Positions 55,721 through 64,000 of a stretch of DNA of 64,000 nt are shown one piece after another. The DNA comes from Octopus vulgaris (Eukaryota), in NCBI GenBank assembly GCA_951406725.2, contig OX597828.1:3472001-3536000 (forward strand), in the 5' to 3' direction. The notes beneath the pieces were generated by a model. The model was not told the origin of the DNA, did not search any database, and saw only the letters and a list, made by a program, of their open reading frames with translations. Made by a program: the position numbers and the translations under genes. Each line of letters opens with the position of its first letter. Within the stretch, counting starts at the first letter, position 1.

Positions 55721-56339
55721 TAGATGAGCGTGTCTATGAAAACGTGTTTATATTTCTACTGAGAAGTTCGATACATGTTCAAGAGAATTGAAACCAGGTT
55801 AATTTTTCTAATTGATGTTTCTGAATGCCAATCGTATAATCTGTACCTAACACATTTTGATCCTAAATGTTATGTTCTAAAATTGATCACGGGAAAAGGG
55901 AAATAGATTTAGACTTACGTCCTTTCATCCTTCCGCAAACCAATTTTCATTTTATAACATATTTAGATCGATAAATCTAATATTGTTGAGATATACTCAG
56001 TTGATACAATTATTTCATTTTTCATACAAATTACATAATTATAGTGCAGTTAAATCAAATAAAGCTCTATGTGCTTCAAAGAAGAATTAGAATCACGTTT
56101 TCTCGAAAGTTTGTGAAATTCCTATGACGCCAGGAGCATACAATTCTAGCTGCTAAATCAATGTTATTATAATGGATAAAGACATTCGAAGGGTTAATTT
56201 GATACAATGGTAGAAAGCCTGCTATGTCTACCAACCTTCGCTTTTCTCTATCTGAAAGGACTTTTCCACTCAAAATTTACATGCAATCATACTCGACCAG
56301 TGTACAATCACTCAATTTGTATATATATATATATACATA

Positions 56340-56560
56340 TCATGTGATAGGTGACTGACCAGGTTATCAGATGTTGTGGCCAGTGATGTATACATCACTG
56401 GCCACAACACTTCTTTGCATTACTTTAGCCTTCAAATGACGCCACCCAGCTGGCTAGGCGAGGGAGCCAACATTCCAACCTGATCGAAAAGGGGACTTCA
56501 GCAACATGGAATAAAGTGTTTTGCTCAAAAACAATGCACCAAATCTAAATCTAAATTTTA
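56340..56560 (-). mobile_element. Probable SINE fragment containing a perfect 38-bp palindrome
   Basis: CAGCAACATGGAATAAAGTGTTTTGCTCAAAAACAATGCACC resembles family C (11630-11680); palindrome at 56372-56409. Confidence 0.5.
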
Positions 56561-57879
56561 TTTATCCATCGTCCTCAGCAAACTGTATTTACACTCTGTT
56601 ATCTCACCTTACCATTCTGTGTTTCCTTTTGGTAAGTGGTCACCTCAAGTGCTTTTTTCTATACCTATGGAACTATGTTATTGAAAGCAAGGTAAATGGT
56701 AACATACAGACCGATTTAAATAATTGTTTGAAAGTAACCAACATATAGTTTATGACATATATGTTAATTATAAACTATGAGAAGTTTTATATTCTGTTGT
56801 TTATTTGTATTGAAAGTTATATAATTTATATTTTTGGAAACATTTTTAATGCTAAATGAGACTGAAATTTCTGCCTAGTTTACCAACGACGATGATATAG
56901 TATTGAAATGGAATGCATAATATGATTCGAATGCAAATACTAGAGCAAGTTCGATGAAGGGAAGCAAGCAGTCTGAACAGTGTCCACTCTACCTTGTAAT
57001 TTCTTTCTCAACCATATATTTTTCAAATTAGATATTTTGCAATTTATTGAGAAGATCTAATGTCAAAATATTATCTTTCATGCAGCAAATGCTAAATAAT
57101 AAAATTCTATTTCGTCTTCTTTGTCCATAACACAGTTCAACAATATTCGAATTTCAGTAAGCTCTGTTACGTTTTCTTTCCTTACTTCGATAGTTTTAGC
57201 CATGAACTGTTTCCTACTTAAAATGCAGTATTTATAGTTATCTTAGTAAATGTAGACTTAGTCTACTATAGTTTACAAAACTCCAATCGATACGCAAATG
57301 ATATTCAATTTCTGGTGGTAACTTCCTAAGACAAAAATTCCAGTCCGAAAGAAAACCAGTTTTTGTCCAATTTATATTTTCCTTTATTTCCATAACTTCC
57401 AGTCACTTTCTCTCTTCACTCTTCTCTCTCTTCCCATCTTCCCCACTCTTTCCTTATCTCTTCTCCATTTTACATAACGGAGTCTACATCTAAATATTTC
57501 TCATGCTTCTGATAATCTTATTCCTTATTATTGCTGATACTACTATGGATGTTCTTCGCTTAAATATTGTTTTGCTTATTAAGTTACTCTCATTGTTATT
57601 ATTGCAATTATGGTTAGATTGCTTCCAGCACACTCTCCCCCTTCTTCTTTTCTCCTTTCTCCTCATTCCCCCCTCTCTCTCACACACACAAACACACACG
57701 CAAGCACGCACACACACTCACGCATACACACACACAAACACACACACATATATTTTAAATTATGCACAATCTTTTGCTTATGAAGTGGACCGTATACGTA
57801 CGTACCAGTTAACAATTATTAGTATATTTGTATGGAGTAATTAGCAAATTTTAGTCGTTTTTATGCGAGCATTTATTTA

Positions 57880-60415
57880 ATCTACTAGGTTCTTGTTATT
57901 TTTGCATGTAAGCCCAGGTCACCAAGCAGAATGAACAGGGTTAGTGTGAGGACCAGTACATCCAATGTTCCAAATATACCATGGATACATCTACATGTCA
58001 ACTCAACTTCATACTGAGGGATGAAATATAGGGAATTAAATTCCGCTGTATTCTCTCCCCTGCTCTTTTGATTTCTGTAACATTGTAGATTCTGATGGTG
58101 ATGGGTCACAGTGAAAGCGACTTGGTCAGTTACAATTACTGCTATCTACACATAATATATACAAATGGATTTAGGGCTTATGACGCTATTAGCTACTGTA
58201 ATTTTTACGGTGTGAATCTGTTTATGTTTGTAAGGGATTTACATTTTTGAGTTGGTATCTGGGAGTTTGGGGATGACTTTTTTTGCATATCATCAAGACT
58301 GAAGTAAGTGCAGCATCAGTCTCTGCTGCTCATAACACGTCTAGGATGTCTTTCAACTTTAGCATTTTTATTATAATTTTTTGTGTGTAGTGGATTTAAA
58401 ATTGTACACCGATATGATCAGCATACAATTTGTGAGGATGTGACGTGAGTGAGCTATCTGGAACTTCTTGAAATGATATATTGCTTTAGGTTCTAGGAAT
58501 TGGGGTCCTAGTCATTACAGGCATAAATTTATAATGGACCCAAATAATCCTTAGCACATCACTGTTATTTCTGAAGGCCAAGTATATGTAAATGCTTTAA
58601 GGTGCGTGTACCACTCTTTAGTTCCTGTTATTATGTCTCAGCATATACTGTGGACGTATGGTATGACATTTCTAAAATAGTTTTTATGCTCATGCTGCTA
58701 AGTGTTATGGTTGGATGTATTTGATATTCTCTTGTGTTGCTATTCACAAGAAAATAAGTGTAGAATCAGCAATTGTTTTGCAGTCAAGTTTCTAATTGAT
58801 TAATTTAAGGTCGTAGTTACGCAGTCTCCTCTGGAAAATGTTGGCTGAATGCTAGTACAATATCATCAGCAAGGTGTGTATTTTAGGAGGCGTGGGTTGG
58901 TTGTGTTAGAAGTATAGGCTAAAAGTAATCAGTGAGAGATTTTCTTTCAGGAGATTTATCAGACGACCCGAGGGACTTGTCGTGGATCATCATATGATGT
59001 TATTTAAAGAGGTATTAATTCATACATTAGTGGATAGCAGAGGAAGGAGCAACAAGTTTTATTTATGCAAACAGGAGTTAGTATGATACATGTATATGAT
59101 TTGCTGTACTTGAAGCCGCAAATTGCTTATGATTTAACAAGCGTTGGGATACATGTAATTTATAGAGGTGTATATAAAGTGGGGATAATGATGTTAAAAA
59201 GGGACTTTCTTCAACATGTTGAGGGTGTAATCAGAAAGGAGATAGGTCAATGAAATGATGCTTGATTTCGGGTTTTGTTGGACCTTAGAATTATAGGTAT
59301 ATTGTAGCGTTTGCAAGATTCCCTAGCGTAGCTAGCGAGATTTTCCTAAACCCTTTCGGTTGTGTTATAGATAGAAAAGACCCAGTTCATCGTATAGGTA
59401 GAACGAGCGTATTCTTCCTTCTGCATTCCCGTTTACCTTGTATATTTAGGGGCCAATTTGTGGAAAATATAGATGAGGTCATAGGAACACTTCTTGTTGA
59501 AATACAACCATGTTATGTGAGATACTCATTCTAATAAGAGGTGTGATGTGGAGGTTGCACTTGCAGAAGGCAATGCTAATAACGTCGCCTACGTATTTGT
59601 AGATTATGATGGATATAAATATTTTCAATCTGTTTTGACTTTCTTACTACTTTGGATTATTGATTTTATAATTTCTTTTTTAATTTTAAGACTATTTCCT
59701 TTTATTTCTGTTATATATGTTGTTGATATATTCTGGTTGTGCATCTGAGGTTGTATTTTTATTGGGTGCATCTACTGTCATTTTGCTGATAACATGTACT
59801 GCAGTGAGTATATTAGAACATTAGCATATATGAGTAAATATTTATATTAGTATATACAAACGTTGAACCTCTTCTTTGTTGAAACAAAATGGACTATGTT
59901 CTTTAGGAGTTTGTGAAGAAGTTATTTTATTCCTTGAAGTGTAGCTGTAGAGTAATAAAGATGCATAAGTGATAAGAGGAAAGTCTGAACATTGATATTT
60001 GCTGGTATTGTAATCGACGGGGTTACATATATGTCTGCATTGGTATCGTCTATTTATCATGTAAAGTGATTAGGGCCGGGATATTGTGTCGTTAGGATAT
60101 TGGATAGCATAATATGTAGTGTATATTCTGTCTGAGATCATATCCTTTGTCCATAATTCTTTCAGGGACGATAAAGTACCAGTCAGGGACAGTATATTCA
60201 CAGGATTTTCACGGCACCATTCCCTAGGACACTTGTACCAAGCTGTGTCACTTCTGCGATTTTCCTTGCACAAGATAAGTAGAGTGGAATGGAGAGACTT
60301 GCACTCAGGGTAACTGCCGGTCTTTTATTAAAATCTTGTCCAGCTCTACATATTAGTGAGAAACTTTCCCGCTACAGATCGATGGTTTCGTAAGGCATTC
60401 ATAGGCCAAGATTCT
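57880..60415 (-). mobile_element. Ancient decayed LINE, possibly CR1/L2-like
   Basis: A 2.5-kb microsatellite-free, GT-skewed block; minus strand reads KLYADH at ~58413-58430 (RT YADD-like) preceded by LGP.F. No long ORF. Confidence 0.4.
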
Positions 60416-60419
60416 TTTG

Positions 60420-61250
60420 CTTCTTTTATTTGTTTCAGCCTGTCGACTGTGGCCATGCTGGGGTCCTACCTTTAAGAGTTTAGTTACACAAATCAATCCC
60501 AGTACTCGTGTGTAAGCCTAGTCCTTATTCTGTCGTTCGCTAATGCCGAAGCGCCAAGTGACAGACTTAAATTAACCAATACCGGTTGTTCAAGCTGTGG
60601 TGGATGACAAACTCAAAGTAAATGCAAAGTGACGTACATAAATACATACATACACACATACATATATATACATACATGCATGTATGCATGCATGCATGCA
60701 TGCATCCATGCATCCATGCATCCATCCATCCATCCATCCATCCATCCATCCATCCATCCATCCATCCATACATACATACATACATACATACACACACAGA
60801 TACACATGACTAGCTTCCGAACAGTTTCTATCTCGCAAATTCAATTCACAAGTCTAGCAATCTGAGACTACAAAAAGTTTCTACGCCGTGGAATGGAATC
60901 CGTAATCTTGACCGTACGGCTTTGTATATTCTTTTAGTCTACCACAGGAGTCAGTCATTCTACAGAGGCCATCCCAGCGCAAATTCTTTAGTCGATCACA
61001 TCGAACGCAGATCTTATTTTAGTTTGTTACCTATTCAACATAGTTTTTCGAACCAATAAGTGACCAGAGAGTAAAGAACATAACATGCAATATCTATTTG
61101 TATTTGAGAACAGAAAAGACACACACATATCGACGAAAGACTTCTAATTTCTTTCCGTCTACTAAAACTTCAGTTATGATGTTATGGTCTGCATGAGGTT
61201 ACAATAACTGGCCATCACGCAAGGTTTGCGCATTGGGATGAAACCTGCCA
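60420..61250 (-). mobile_element. Two diverged SINE family B copies, with a (GCAT)n/(CCAT)n tract inside the first
   Basis: TTGTTTCAG..GACTGTGGCCATGCTGG; TTTAGTCGATCACATCGA..TTTCCGTCTACTAAA. Confidence 0.6.
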
Positions 61251-62911
61251 TAGGTCCTCCTTACAATAATTTTGAAAGTCCCTTTAAGCCATGTACCATG
61301 ATTCATTTATTTTTATTATATTTCCTTTGTTTTGCTTGTATTTACTTTCGTTTTTATGTTGACCTTTGTGAATCACTTTTTATTTGCAATCAACATCAGA
61401 CGATGCCTTCATCTTGTGACTAATGCTCTTCTTTACGGCAATTCATAATCGAGCAGTATTTCTGTGACCGAGAACTTGGCAGTGACTTGCAATAGCCTGT
61501 TGTGTGATTCTTCACTATTTTGCTTTTATGTTTTTAAACTCTTTTCTTCATTATTCTCTTTCGTTCACATAATTTATTAATTCTTGTATGAAAGATAGCA
61601 GAGCCATGCTAAAATAGGTTAATGCAGCAAAACAATAATGTATGTAACGGGTATATCCTGAGGCCATCTTAGCAGGCGGGCCACCTAGGTTGGTAGAGAC
61701 AATGGCATCACACATGTCATTAAACATACACAAATACATACACACAATTAAGATACATCACTACACACAAGACAGATACTCCACTACACGTGATACACAT
61801 ACCTCTAGAACTAGAAATGCGCACGCTCCATATCACATTTAGAACTAACCATTCAAAGACACATACACCGCTGTACACATAGAAGTACATACAGATATAA
61901 ATACATCACTACCCACAGGACCATACTACTTCACCAAACTTTGAACTGTAAGTACGTTAAATCAGACTGATTGTTATAACGCACAAACATGTATGTGAAC
62001 ACGCGTCTACGATCAGTTTGACTGCTGATATTAGAAGTTTGGTTGCTGATACTTCAGCTGACAATTGCGTCGTGGAATAGATTCTGTAACCATACTTGTC
62101 TGTCTTTGTCTGTCTGTCTGACATTCTGTCTTTCTGTCTGTTTGTCGCCTATCTATACATAGTTATTCCATTTTTTTCTCTCAATCAAAATCTGTCTCCA
62201 TCATTACACTTTAGTTTTCAATATCATGCTCTCACACTTCGAATTCATATCCAATTCTGTTTCTTTTTCCTATGCTTGTCGTTATTCTTAATAACCCCTC
62301 AATCTCTTTACCTTTATTCTTCGATTGTGGAACTTCTCTAATTATCCCACTCTATTGTAGATTCAATAATTCATCTTTGATAATTCTCTCTTATTAATTT
62401 CTTGCGTTATCATCCGCTGTCTGCTTGCCTGTTTGCTTGTTTGCCTGTCAGCTGGCTGATTGGTGATGACTCCCCCACTCTCTCTCTCCCTCTCTTCCAC
62501 TCTAGTAATTTCACACCTACCCCTTCATCCCTTTAATACTTTTCTTTTCATAACACTTTGTCTTCTTACCACTACTTTCAGCATAACAAGGGTCTTAAAA
62601 AATGGCATAGAGAGTAAGACGAACAAGCAAAAAAAGCTATTTGGTCTTTCAGTTACATAAATTATGGATATCAAGTGTAGGACAAAAGCATGTATCAAAA
62701 CCAAAAGTTTCAGAGAATCTTATATCTGATGTTCGTGCATATTCACAGGGAATGTGAAGAATATTTAACTGAGAATTGAAACTGAATCTCGGATTTGGTA
62801 CAATATAATGCTTTCATTAAATAAATGCTGCATGCAGATACATGCATACATACATACTTACCCAAACTCCTTTCCGACTCAACACAAGACATATATGCAC
62901 ATATGTACCCA

Positions 62912-62956
<45 letters not shown>

Positions 62957-63321
62957 AACCTCCTCTCGGACTCAACACAATGCCCCTCCTTTCTGACTAT
63001 CCACACATACCCATTTTTAAAAGAAACTGTTTACTCAATCTTTTTTATCCCCTTTTTATTCATTTTTTTATTCGTTTATTTTTGTTTCATTATTTTCTAC
63101 ACCCTTTTATATATTTTTTTAATAATTTCTTTAATAATAAAGTAATTATTTAATAATAAAGAAAAAATCTTTTAAATAATGTTTTTTATAATTTTTATTT
63201 CAGTTGCTGGTTCTGTTTCTCTTCCTGATTTATTTATTCACTTAATCATTGTCACTTTTTATTTATTATTACTAATTTTTATTTTTCATTTCTCATTATT
63301 TTTCATTATTCATTTATTGAT

Positions 63322-63480
63322 TAAGGCGGCGAGCTGGCAGAATCGTTAGCATGCCAGGCGAAATATTTAGCGGTATATCGTCTGTCGCTACGTTCTGAGT
63401 TCAAATTCCACGGAGGTCGAATTTGCCTTTCATCCTTTCGGGGTTGATAAATTCAGTACCAGTGAAACACTGAGATCGAA
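63322..63480 (+). mobile_element. SINE family A
   Basis: AAGGCGGCGAGCTGGCAGAATCGTTAGC..GAGTTCAAATTCC..CCTTTCATCCTTTCGGGG. Confidence 0.88.
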
Positions 63481-64000
63481 TATCCTAACCGCATGAAAAT
63501 AAGCAATATCACTTCAGCACCACCGTGTAATATTATCTGAGAAGAAAATTGCAGCCGGCTTCCAGGTTGACTCACAACTAGATTGATTACATTTTGTAAA
63601 CCATACACCAGAATACTTTTCTGTGTCTCTCCTGGCTCAACAACAATAGTCACGCTCCATTTCTTCAGAACAGTGAATGTCTTGGCATATCCTCGTTGTT
63701 TTTGCCTTCTCTACGGCACGAATTCTACCTGTATATGATGTCGCTGAAAACTTTTTCTACATCTAGTTTGAGTTCTCTATTCTTTCAAAAATCAGCCGCA
63801 CCTCTAGTATCACTTAAATATCTTTATCGTCCTCTTTTTAGCATTTTTATAATTTGTACGGCCATTAGTTTATGAACAACTAATATGGAATTCCGAGGAG
63901 GAGACAAAAATGTGAGAGATTTCTTGGCGAAACCGACACGAAAATGCATAAGAGCACCAAGATATGAATCGTCATCAAGAAATGGAAGAATGCCAATGTC

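Overview
AT-rich, microsatellite-saturated animal genomic DNA. The SINE, LINE and mariner content looks cephalopod (probably Octopus); that assignment is inferred from repeat style, not searched. No complete host gene is visible. One clean 93-bp candidate exon lies on the minus strand (17808-17900), so the window may be largely intronic. Almost all listed ORFs are microsatellite translations. The real content is decayed mobile DNA: five R4/Dong-type non-LTR fragments (RT plus restriction-like endonuclease), several Tc1/mariner fossils and MITEs, four non-autonomous Helitron-type copies, several tRNA-derived SINE families and Penelope-like remnants. Two things stand out. (1) Short non-coding inverted-repeat elements carry minimal hammerhead-ribozyme motifs (42285-42327, and a U3-A8 compensated core at 50092-50130). 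(2) Two back-to-back, near-perfect long palindromes (18432-19044 and 19042-19494) interrupt a mariner and create a new MITE-like unit; several shorter perfect palindromes elsewhere suggest recurrent fold-back events.
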